Positions 46,780-55,838 of a stretch of 64,000 nucleotides of DNA are shown here, one piece after another. The notes beneath the pieces are model-generated. The model did no database searches, was not told the origin of the DNA, and saw only the letters and a program-made list of their open reading frames with translations. Positions within the stretch are counted from its first letter, which is position 1, and each line of letters begins with the position of its first letter. The DNA is from Planctomycetota bacterium (lineage in GTDB: Bacteria; Planctomycetota; UBA1135; UBA2386), in assembly GCA_965228735.1 (NCBI GenBank), contig OZ245838.1, positions 4,768,001 to 4,832,000 on the forward strand, read 5' to 3'. The translations under genes were made by a program, and so were the position numbers.

Positions 46780-48591
46780 TCACATCTGCGAGAACTCCGC
46801 GCTGCCGGCGTTCGAGTAGCCGAGGAAGCGCATTCCTCGGAGCCGCACGGGTCGGCCGTTGGCGTGATCGACACCTAGGATCCGGTAGTACTCGCGGCGG
46901 TTCGGGCCGGTGTGGATCTCGTGCGGTTTCGGGATCCGAACGACGAGACCGTCGTAGCCGGCCTCCGGCGAATGGAGCACTTCTTCCTTCGTGTGCTCGC
47001 TGATGACCCGGATGTTGCGAAGCCGCTCGGCCGTCATGTTTCCGGCTGCCGGTTGCCACCCGCGCCCGAGGACATAGCCGAGCCGTTCGGTGGTCGCGGC
47101 CGCCGTGGAGGTGTCGGACTCGGTGTTGCCGCCGCTGGGTAGCTCGGAAACGATGACTCCGAGGATGATCGGGGTCTCCGACGTCGACGTTCCGGCAAAG
47201 AACTGGCCGGCCTCACTCGCCTCCCAGCCGGCCTTCTCGTAGCCGCCGCTGGCGCCGAACTCGAACGGTCCGATGCGAAGCCCGCTCGCCGCCTTGAACT
47301 TCTCCTTGAACGCGGTGAACGACTCTTGGCTCGTGCGGATCGTGAAAGTCGGCTTGTAGCCGACGACCATCCCGGTCTTCACCAGGCCGAAGAAGCCTTT
47401 CGGACCGAAGACGGCCTGTGTGCCGTCCCCACCCCGGGCGCTGTAGCCTTGGATGAACGGGCCATTGGCCATACTCCGAACGAAAGCGCCATCGTACCAA
47501 TCCGTGGCCCGAAGGGAGACGGTTTCGATCGCGTCGAACTCGATCGCGACCTCGAGTTCCTGGTCGCTCGCAAACTCGTCGATACGTTCCCAGGATGCAC
47601 CGGCCTTCACGCCCCAGAAGAACTTGTTGATCCCGGCCGAGCCCTTGGCCCAGGTGCGTGAGTAGTCGTATGACTGATCACGATTGGTGAAGCCCATGGT
47701 CGCGCCGGGCGGACCGTTGCCAGCTTTGATGTTCGTGACCCACTGGGTCGCGTCCTGACCGACCGAGTACGCCGGTACCTTGGGGAACGTCGACAACCCC
47801 TGGCCGTTCAGCTTGGAGTAGAACGCCTCGTTCTCGAACTGCGCGTTGGCCTCATCGAGCCCTGGCGTGTTGGCCTGGTCGACCAGCGCGTTGAAGTTGA
47901 CCTGGGCCTGGGCCATGTCCTTGTCCGCGGCGGTGATCTTCGTTTGCCAGCCCTTGCCCGGTGGCGTGCCCAGCCACTCGGTGAATGGCGGTTGATTGTC
48001 GACGACGTCGTCTGCGTAGGTCGACCGAGCCTGATTGTAGGCCGTCGTGTAGGCATTGGTGGCCATCGTGAGCTGGTCACGAGCGACGGCGATCTTGGCG
48101 AGCAGCCCAGGTGGTGCGTCGGCGGGAGAAATCACGTTGAGGAACTGTCGATAGGACCCCTGAAGCTGATCACCGCTCGACGAGTAGTCACCGACGGCGC
48201 TCCACTGCGGATTCACGGAGCAGAAGTCGTACATCGCGGCGTTCAGAAAGCCCGCCTGCTCGGTTGGCCAGTTCCACTGACTGAACGGATAGATGAGTTG
48301 GAACTTGTCCGGGCCGGCACCAACGCTGTTGGAGATGGCCTGGTAGAGCAGGCCCCATGGCTTCTGGTCGTAGTCCACGCCGGAGTCGGTGACTCGGTCA
48401 CCGGCGCGCGCAGCCCGGACGAGCGCGCGCTCGGCGAACTCATGGGTGAAGCGCGCGGGCTCCGTCGGTCTGGGGGCGCTCTCCTGAGCAGAGCCGGGCG
48501 CGAGGAGCACGGTGCTCGCGAGCGTTGCGGCGACGGCGCAGCGAGAGCGCCTGGCCGCGTGGATGGTGTCGATACGTCGTTTGGCGGTCAT
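46780..48591 (-). CDS. secreted hypothetical protein with helical insert and amphipathic Gly/aromatic beta-hairpins
   Basis: 603 aa; signal peptide ending GSAQ; segments WAKGSAGINKFFWGVKAGASW and ASGLRIGPFEFGASGGY. Confidence 0.8.
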   Translation of the reverse strand: MTAKRRIDTIHAARRSRCAVAATLASTVLLAPGSAQESAPRPTEPARFTHEFAERALVRAARAGDRVTDSGVDYDQKPWGLLYQAISNSVGAGPDKFQLIYPFSQWNWPTEQAGFLNAAMYDFCSVNPQWSAVGDYSSSGDQLQGSYRQFLNVISPADAPPGLLAKIAVARDQLTMATNAYTTAYNQARSTYADDVVDNQPPFTEWLGTPPGKGWQTKITAADKDMAQAQVNFNALVDQANTPGLDEANAQFENEAFYSKLNGQGLSTFPKVPAYSVGQDATQWVTNIKAGNGPPGATMGFTNRDQSYDYSRTWAKGSAGINKFFWGVKAGASWERIDEFASDQELEVAIEFDAIETVSLRATDWYDGAFVRSMANGPFIQGYSARGGDGTQAVFGPKGFFGLVKTGMVVGYKPTFTIRTSQESFTAFKEKFKAASGLRIGPFEFGASGGYEKAGWEASEAGQFFAGTSTSETPIILGVIVSELPSGGNTESDTSTAAATTERLGYVLGRGWQPAAGNMTAERLRNIRVISEHTKEEVLHSPEAGYDGLVVRIPKPHEIHTGPNRREYYRILGVDHANGRPVRLRGMRFLGYSNAGSAEFSQM

Positions 48592-48777
48592 GGTTTCGGG
48601 TTCGTTTCGGTTGATGGAACGACGTGTCGGGCTGACACGTCGGCGGGGCGCGTTGGGGCTGCCTCGCGTTCACAACCGTCCGTGAGCCGAGAATCGGTTT
48701 TGGTGCCGGCATTCCCCTTAAAACCGCCTACACTGACGCGGCTGCGTGGGAGCGCCCCGCGGAGAAGGAGACAAGCG

Positions 48778-49380
48778 ATGGCCACCGACAAGGCTCACCC
48801 CAGAGTTCTGCCCCCGCCAGGGGGACCGATCGAGATCCGGATCCCGCCGCCGGAGGTCGGGATCGAGCGGGTCGAAGTACCGACGACCGGCGTACTGGTC
48901 GTGAAGCTCGCGCCGGTCGCGACGATTCCGCCGCCGCTCGACAAGTCCCGAACGCGTTCGGGTCTCGCGGCGTTCAGCAACAGCAATTATCGGCTGCTGA
49001 ACGTGGGTTCGTCCCGCGTCGCGGTCACGGCGTGGGTCGCGGACGGATCCGTGTACTCGGATCATGCTTCGTCACAGGCGATCGGGCAGCTCGTCGACGC
49101 ATTGAACGAAGGCGATAGCCACGATCTGACGTTCAACCTGCAGGAGCTCGTCGGCGCCACTCAGGGCAACATCGTCCCGACGCTCGAAGCAGTGCGCGTA
49201 ACCGGCGAACTCGCGGTAGAATACCTGGGGTCAACCGAGAGTGGTGGCGTCGGCAGCGTCAGCTGGGGCTATCACATCGACATGGTTCGGCTCCAACAGC
49301 TGATCGGCGACGCCGACTCGGAAGGCGACGAGGGTGACCGGGGCGACGATACGGGCCAGGCCGCCGACGCGTCGGTCTAG
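48778..49380 (+). CDS. hypothetical protein
   Basis: AAGGAG SD before ATG 48778; 200 aa, beta-rich, acidic tail. Confidence 0.7.
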   Translation: MATDKAHPRVLPPPGGPIEIRIPPPEVGIERVEVPTTGVLVVKLAPVATIPPPLDKSRTRSGLAAFSNSNYRLLNVGSSRVAVTAWVADGSVYSDHASSQAIGQLVDALNEGDSHDLTFNLQELVGATQGNIVPTLEAVRVTGELAVEYLGSTESGGVGSVSWGYHIDMVRLQQLIGDADSEGDEGDRGDDTGQAADASV

Positions 49381-51746
49381 TCCTCAAACAAGCGCTGTGC
49401 CCGATGCAGGACGGCTTCGAACTCTGCACGTCGCGGCAGACCGATGGCGAGTGCGTGACGCGCCAGCTCTGTCGCCCGCGCGGACCAATGCCGTCCGTCC
49501 GCGCTGTCGCCCAGGTGGTCAGCGACCTGAAGGGCGACTTCGCACGCGTATAGCAGCAGCCCCGCATGGCCGTGCCGTTCCTTGTCGGCCCATTCGTCCG
49601 ATTGCCAGTGGCCGATCGCCGTTCCGGTCTCGTGGAGACGTTCGAACGACTGGTCCGCGACTGCTCCCAACAGAGTCTCGTGGGCGATCGACAGCAGCAC
49701 CGGCCGGTCACACGAGGGCAGGTGTTCTGGCTCGAGCCGCACCAGCCAGTGCGATAAGGCCGCCGAGTGGTGATAGATCGCGGCCTGTTGCGTGAGCCAC
49801 CAGACGGATCGTGCGTCGTGCGAAGTGTCGTTCGGCAACGGGTCCTCGTTCGACGGCAGGGACATCGATCTCGCCAGGGTGACATGGAGTCGGAGCGCGT
49901 GCTGCTCCAAGGGGTCGGTGGACCGTGAGAGGAGTTCCTCGAACCGCGCGCGGGCCGCGGCGGGGTCGTTGGTTTCGAGCAACCAGAGCGCGAGCGTCGT
50001 TCGGGCCAGGCGGTTGTCCGCATCGCGCTCGATCGCGAAGTCGAGGCTCTCGCGAGCTTCTGCGAGCAAGACGCGGCGCCGTTCCGGGGGAATTGCGAGC
50101 TTTGCTACGCGTCGTGCGACGCGGACGCGGTGAACGAGCCGGTAGGCGCGTAGAGACAACTCGGTCAGCGTGAGTTCTCCCAGTGCGTGAGAATTGGATA
50201 CTCGTTCTTCCGCGGAGGCCAACTCCTCGGGATCGCCGGATTCGGCGGCGAGCAGGGCCGCAACCTCAGCGAGGCGAGGGTCTCCTGAAGCGGACTCGGG
50301 GAAGGAGCGCAATGTTGTTCGTGCAAACTCGGCGCCGTGTTGCATGAGGTCAACCCACGTTGCTTGAAGCGCGAAATCGGCGCCCCCGCAAGTACTGTGG
50401 ATTCGTCGCGCCATCACTGAAGTTCGCAGCGCGATCGGAGTGACCGAGCCGACGCGCAGTCCCGTCGTTCGCAGCAGTTGTTGCGTCAAGCGATGGCCGA
50501 TCGTGGCGTGGTGGTGCAACAGCACGTCGCGAAGTGGCGTGGCTATCGCGCCAATCTCCCAGGCTGATTCGAACCGGTCAAGCACGATTTCGAGCGACTG
50601 GCGCTCGCGAACGGCGGTGTCGAATGCGCGAACCCGCTGCTCGATATTCGTGCCTTCCAGCCAATCGTGCACGACCGCGGCGGTCGTCAACACGGCGACC
50701 GCTGCAACAGTGGTGCGCGTCAGCGTGGAGTGGTTCCGAAGCCAGCGTCGAGATCGCGTGAGGCGCGATTCGGCCGCATTGGGAAGCGGCGCGTCTCGGA
50801 TCGACGCCATGAGGTCGGCGTGGAGCTCGTCGGCATCTGCGTAGCGTTCGGCCGGCAGCTTGCGAAGGGCCTTCGCGAGCACGGACCCGAGCAGCGGCGG
50901 CAGCTGCCGGCGGACTCGGCGTGGCAACCCGAGCGGCACTTCCATGAACGCGACCGTTTCGAGCACGCGACTGCGCCCGAACCGCTCGGCGAATCGTTCG
51001 CCGGCCCAGAACTCGAGCATGGAGATCGCCAGCGAGTAGACGTCGCTTGCCGGGGTTACGGCTGCGAGTCCACCGAGCGTCTGTTCCGGGCTCATGTACG
51101 GCAGCGTGCCGGCCAGCTCTCGGACTTCCGACCGGCGTGCGCTGCTGACGGCGAGTCCGAAGTCGACGAGCCGTGCTTGCCCGGCGTCGTCGAGCACGAT
51201 GTTCGCCGGTTTGACATCGCGGTGCACGATGCCGGCCTCATGCACTTTCGAGAGTGCGCTTGCGATCTCCCCGAACCACCCGAGGACACGGCGCGGAGCG
51301 ACGGATTCATCATCCAGTAGCTTCGCTAGGCTCGGACCCGGCAGGAGCTCGAATGCGGCGAACGCGCGGTCCGCGACGCGACCGGCCTCGTGGACCCGAA
51401 CGAGGTTCGGGTGGTCCAGGATCCGCGCGATCTCCGCTTCTTGCATTAGTGAGCGGGCGCCCGGCTCGTCCTGCGGCCGCGAGACTTTGAGCGCGACCCA
51501 CTGGCCATCGCGCAGCGAACGCGCGGCATACACGGACGAGAAACCGCCGCGTGCGATGCGGCGGTCGAGCCGGTAGCCCTCGAGTTCGCGGCCGCTCTCG
51601 TCGTCATCGATCGGCGGCCGCTCCCAGAACTCCTGCAACAGCGATGGGTGGCGTTCGAGGAACCGAAGTGTCGGGCCGGAGTCGCTGCTCGTACCGACGT
51701 ACTGTCGGAACGACTCGGGTAGCAGGCCGTCGGCTTCGGCGTTCAT
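49377..51746 (-). CDS. Hanks-type Ser/Thr protein kinase (TM and TPR-like C-terminus)
   Basis: IARGGFSSVY, VALK, HRDVKPAN, DFGLA, GTLPYMSPEQ, SDVYSL; ATGA-coupled to the sigma gene. Confidence 0.93.
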   Translation of the reverse strand: MNAEADGLLPESFRQYVGTSSDSGPTLRFLERHPSLLQEFWERPPIDDDESGRELEGYRLDRRIARGGFSSVYAARSLRDGQWVALKVSRPQDEPGARSLMQEAEIARILDHPNLVRVHEAGRVADRAFAAFELLPGPSLAKLLDDESVAPRRVLGWFGEIASALSKVHEAGIVHRDVKPANIVLDDAGQARLVDFGLAVSSARRSEVRELAGTLPYMSPEQTLGGLAAVTPASDVYSLAISMLEFWAGERFAERFGRSRVLETVAFMEVPLGLPRRVRRQLPPLLGSVLAKALRKLPAERYADADELHADLMASIRDAPLPNAAESRLTRSRRWLRNHSTLTRTTVAAVAVLTTAAVVHDWLEGTNIEQRVRAFDTAVRERQSLEIVLDRFESAWEIGAIATPLRDVLLHHHATIGHRLTQQLLRTTGLRVGSVTPIALRTSVMARRIHSTCGGADFALQATWVDLMQHGAEFARTTLRSFPESASGDPRLAEVAALLAAESGDPEELASAEERVSNSHALGELTLTELSLRAYRLVHRVRVARRVAKLAIPPERRRVLLAEARESLDFAIERDADNRLARTTLALWLLETNDPAAARARFEELLSRSTDPLEQHALRLHVTLARSMSLPSNEDPLPNDTSHDARSVWWLTQQAAIYHHSAALSHWLVRLEPEHLPSCDRPVLLSIAHETLLGAVADQSFERLHETGTAIGHWQSDEWADKERHGHAGLLLYACEVALQVADHLGDSADGRHWSARATELARHALAIGLPRRAEFEAVLHRAQRLFED

Positions 51747-52423
51747 CCGAGCAACGCCGTCAGTCGACGGCATTCGGACTCGACCTCGGCGGACGACAGC
51801 GATTCGTGCATCGCGATCGCCTCACGAAGACACTCGTGAAAACGCCTCCTGGCGCGGGCGTACTCGCGTTGGACACGAACGGGTTCCTCGTTCCAGTGTC
51901 GCGCGATCGTGCGGATCGGTAGCCCGTCACGGAAACGGAGGTTGAGTAGCTCCGCCATACGCGCGGTCTCGCAGGTGCTCTCATGCGCATCCTGGCCCAT
52001 CAGATCGAGGGCATCGCGAACCACGGTACGGGCCCACTCTCGCTCGAACCAGTCGAGCAGATTGTCCCCCTCGCCGGAGCGCTCGGGCACCGCCATGAGC
52101 TCCATCGATTCCTGAACAGGACTGCGGTCCCGCCGGGCTTCGTGCGCTCGCGCGACGTTGCGAATGACGCCGAACAGATACGAGCGGAATCGCGCGGGCT
52201 GCTTCCGTTGCATGCGGTCCAATACGCCATCGGCTCTGAAGCACTCGACGAACACTTCCTGGCACGCGTCCTCGAGCTGGCCTCTGCACGCTGACGCATG
52301 CCAGCGGCGGCTCAGCACCCCGCGAATCAGTCCTTCGTAGCGGGTTGCGAATCGACGCTGTTGGGAACGATCGCCGGCGGCTGCCCCAAGAATCATACGC
52401 CAGCTGGTTCGCTCGGACTCCAC
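51743..52423 (-). CDS. ECF sigma-70 factor (kinase-associated type)
   Basis: TSW.MI..A, FATRY, EDACQEVF, RFRSYLFGV.RNVAR, FEREWAR, LRFRDGLPIR.IA; GGAGG SD before GTG 52423. Confidence 0.9.
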   Translation of the reverse strand: MESERTSWRMILGAAAGDRSQQRRFATRYEGLIRGVLSRRWHASACRGQLEDACQEVFVECFRADGVLDRMQRKQPARFRSYLFGVIRNVARAHEARRDRSPVQESMELMAVPERSGEGDNLLDWFEREWARTVVRDALDLMGQDAHESTCETARMAELLNLRFRDGLPIRTIARHWNEEPVRVQREYARARRRFHECLREAIAMHESLSSAEVESECRRLTALLG

Positions 52424-52628
52424 GCCATCTCCTCCATACCGCGCAATCCTAGGAGAGGGTCGGAATCCGTCAACCTGCGGTGTGCTCCTGACCGAGTTCC
52501 GTTGCCGGGGCGAGCGAATCGACCGTGCGGTCGGCCTGTCCACTTAAGGCCCAATCGTACTCTCTCCGGACGCGTACAGCGTGGTTGCAGCGAGCCGGGA
52601 CCTCACACAGGCCGAGGAGCCAGCAGCG

Positions 52629-53156
52629 ATGAAGGAAGTTGTCGGGCCAGAGCAGTGCGAAGATTTCCAGGATGAGGACGCGTTCTGGCGAGAGACGCTG
52701 CAGGCCCTTCGTGCAGCCGGTCGTGGTCACGATCACGACGACGACGTCCAGGAAACGCTTCTGGGTCTGCTGGGTCTCTCGCTGCACGACCGGGACGAAC
52801 TGCTTCGACTGCGTTGGACGATCTTGCGACGTCGCAAGATCGATCGCTATCGCGCCGCGTCTCGTCGAGCCTGGGAGGCGCTCGGGGCAGTTCCGGCGCC
52901 GGTCGATCGACTCGAGTCGAACGGCCTGGCAGACGCGCTGCTGCGTGAACACGCATTGGTAGGTTTGCTCGGCGAACGGGCGGTCGACCTGTTGATGTTG
53001 ATAGTTCTCGACGGCGCACGTGCGACCCATGCGATCGCGCGCCGTCACGGCGTGGCCCGATCGACAACCCGCGTCCGGCGTGCACGGATCTGTCGAATCC
53101 TGCGCCGATACCTCGCCGAGTTGGAGCGGTTGGGCGTGGATGGCGGACCGGCGTGA
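52629..53156 (+). CDS. divergent ECF sigma-70-like protein
   Basis: DDDVQETLL...ILRRRKIDRYR and THAIARRHGVARSTTRVRRARI; GAGGAG SD. Confidence 0.6.
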   Translation: MKEVVGPEQCEDFQDEDAFWRETLQALRAAGRGHDHDDDVQETLLGLLGLSLHDRDELLRLRWTILRRRKIDRYRAASRRAWEALGAVPAPVDRLESNGLADALLREHALVGLLGERAVDLLMLIVLDGARATHAIARRHGVARSTTRVRRARICRILRRYLAELERLGVDGGPA

Positions 53157-53333
53157 AGGTCGCACGCGACCGAGTCGTTCCGGGCTCGCCCAAGTGTCGA
53201 CCGAGAAAGGGCCAACTGCGTTCGGTCGGAGTGTGGGCCGGAACTTGGCGGGGTTCGTACTCCCCTCCAGAACGATGTAAGGGTGGGCGCGTGGATCTTC
53301 TGCGCCGGACCCTCTCGTCAACCCAAGGATCCG

Positions 53334-55838
53334 ATGGCTCTATCCGAAACCGGAGTCTCGTTCCCGCGCGCTGCCGTTCTTGGCGGTCGTCCTAGCGGGC
53401 TCACTCGCAACGACCTGCGGCTGGCTGCGGCGCTGCTCTGCATGGCTACGGTCGCCGCACAAGACGCGCCGCCGACGTGGACGGCAGCCCCGCCTGCGTG
53501 GGTCTCGCCCGCTCGCGCAGCCGCGTTCCACGCCTTCGTGGCGGAGCATGGACCGCATCAGGCGCGTTGGCATCGGGCGACCGGAACGCCGACCGAGGTG
53601 TTCGGTCGGGGGCTGGCGGTGGAGCCAGCGGTCGCGCGTGATCCGGAGGCTGCGCGTAACCACGCGCTCGCGCTGATCACCGAGCACGCCGATTTGCTGG
53701 CGAACGACGGCGATAGCTGGGTGCCGCGGATCACGCGTCGGGTCGGCCCCCTGGTCATCCTGGTGTTCGATCAGTACCGCGCGGGACTGCCGGTTGTCGG
53801 TGGCCGCGCCGACGTGCGCATCCATCTCAGCGGCCGCGTGTCGCTGCTCGGCGCGAAGAGCTTCTCGATCGATGACGAAGAATCGCCTTGGCCGGGCGTC
53901 GCCCCGGGCGATGCGATCCAGGCAGCGTGTGCGGAACTCGACGTGCGCTCGCTGGATCCACGGGTCCTGGCGCTGCAACCGCCGCCCCATCGGTTGGTCT
54001 ACTGGGCCGACGCCAATGCGGCTGCGCCGCAGTCGGCGCGGTTGTGTTGGGAAGTGACCGTCGATGCGGTCCGGGAGAAGCTCGTCGGGCGAGCCTACGT
54101 CGACGCGCGCACGGGTCGCCTGCTTGGATACGAGACCGATATCGGGTTCTGTTCGAGCGGTCATACCCACGTCCGCGGGTTCCACCCGACGGTCGGCAAA
54201 CGACTCGATGCGGTTCCGTCGACGGCGTCGGCGTCCGTGGCGGAGGCCAATTCTCCGATCGTCACCCCGATAACGGGAACGGTGAACGCAGTCATCCCGA
54301 CGGCGCACGAGCCGGGCGATCTCACGAGCGCCACGACACGCGCGAACACGCTGCAAGTCGTGCCGCTGCCCGGAGTGCGGGTCACGGTTCCGAGCACCGC
54401 CGCGTTCGCGTTCACGGATCAGAACGGGGATTTCTCGATCTCGCACCCCGGGACCGCACCGGTGGCCATCGAGGTCCGATTGCTGGATGCAGAGCGTTAC
54501 CGCGCGATCCTCCCGCAGCGCGGATCGACCGTGCAGGCGACCGCAACGGTGACACCCGGCACGCCGGCCACGCTCACGCTCGGGGCCGTAGCGACCATCA
54601 CCGAAGACGACCTGTCCCAGACTACGGCGGCCTACTACTTCGACTCCGTCAGCCGCTACCTGGAGAACATCCTCGGACCGCTGCCGGCGCGGACGTTCAA
54701 CCTGATCGCCGCGGTGAACTCGCCGCAGGTCTGCAATGCGTTCTACACAGCCCACTCGAACGCGATCACGTTTTTTGCGAGTCCGTCGAGCCAGAACATC
54801 ACGCCGAACTCGACGACGGTTCCGTGCAACGCTGATACCTACACGGCCTACTCGAACATCATCCAGCACGAGTACGGGCATATGCTCGACGACGTGTTCG
54901 GAGGGGAGAGCTTCTTCGAGGGACTGTCGGAGGGCTGGGGCGACACGATCGCGATGTATCACGCGGGCACTCAGTTCGTGAACAACCGGTTCTACAACTC
55001 GATGGCGCTGCCCGCACATCAGTGGGCGCGCAGCGGGGCGAATACCCAACAGTGGAACAACTGGGCGGCGGCTGGCCAGTCCGGTTGTGACTATCCGACG
55101 GGCGGGACGCCGACGGCGCTGCAGGTGCACTGCCAAGGCGAGTCGTGGATGGGCTTCGCCTGGAAGGTCCGAGCGAACTTCCTCGCGAGTGTGGGCAGTG
55201 GTCAGCAGAACGCATTCGCTGCGCCGGCGGACGCCATCGCCCATGCGGAGACAATCGTCATTGGATCGATCGCCGCCAACGCAACCGATCAGAATGGCGC
55301 GGCTCTGCAGGTCTACCTGCTGGACGACGACGATGGCGACCTGACGAACGGCTCACCTCACGACCTCTGGATGAACATGGCCGCCACGGCCCACGGGTTG
55401 ACCGTTCCGACCTCGAACAACGGGTTCGCCGGCTTCGCCGTCTATGGTTCCGGCTGCGCGGGGCCGAACGATGTCGAGATCGACGTCGCTGCCCAACCGC
55501 GAATCGGCCGGCAACTGGTGCTGATCGGCCGCAACGCGCCACCGTTCGCGCCCGCATCGGTGCTCTTCGGTTCCTCCAACGGGAGCTTCGGCGGGGTGCC
55601 CTTGCCGATCGACCTCGGCCAGTTCGGGGCCCCGGGCTGTCGCCTGCTCTGCAGCGTCGACGTGATCCTGCCCGGTCAGACGGACCAGGGTGGCATGTCG
55701 CTGGCGGGAGCCTGGATCCCGTTCGATCCGGCCCTCGTAGGAGCCACGTTCTTCTGTCAGTGGCTGGTTGCCGACCCGGTTGCGAACCAGGCCGGTCTCG
55801 TGGTGGGCCAGGCGGCCCGAGGAGTCGTGTCGCTATGA
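53334..55838 (+). CDS. secreted M36/M4-type (fungalysin/thermolysin-like) metalloprotease
   Basis: FTP/PepSY-like propeptide (FDQYRAGLPVVG; YVDARTG), CNAFY, HEYGH, LSEGWGD, VHCQGE.W; shared C-terminal domain. Confidence 0.88.
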   Translation: MALSETGVSFPRAAVLGGRPSGLTRNDLRLAAALLCMATVAAQDAPPTWTAAPPAWVSPARAAAFHAFVAEHGPHQARWHRATGTPTEVFGRGLAVEPAVARDPEAARNHALALITEHADLLANDGDSWVPRITRRVGPLVILVFDQYRAGLPVVGGRADVRIHLSGRVSLLGAKSFSIDDEESPWPGVAPGDAIQAACAELDVRSLDPRVLALQPPPHRLVYWADANAAAPQSARLCWEVTVDAVREKLVGRAYVDARTGRLLGYETDIGFCSSGHTHVRGFHPTVGKRLDAVPSTASASVAEANSPIVTPITGTVNAVIPTAHEPGDLTSATTRANTLQVVPLPGVRVTVPSTAAFAFTDQNGDFSISHPGTAPVAIEVRLLDAERYRAILPQRGSTVQATATVTPGTPATLTLGAVATITEDDLSQTTAAYYFDSVSRYLENILGPLPARTFNLIAAVNSPQVCNAFYTAHSNAITFFASPSSQNITPNSTTVPCNADTYTAYSNIIQHEYGHMLDDVFGGESFFEGLSEGWGDTIAMYHAGTQFVNNRFYNSMALPAHQWARSGANTQQWNNWAAAGQSGCDYPTGGTPTALQVHCQGESWMGFAWKVRANFLASVGSGQQNAFAAPADAIAHAETIVIGSIAANATDQNGAALQVYLLDDDDGDLTNGSPHDLWMNMAATAHGLTVPTSNNGFAGFAVYGSGCAGPNDVEIDVAAQPRIGRQLVLIGRNAPPFAPASVLFGSSNGSFGGVPLPIDLGQFGAPGCRLLCSVDVILPGQTDQGGMSLAGAWIPFDPALVGATFFCQWLVADPVANQAGLVVGQAARGVVSL

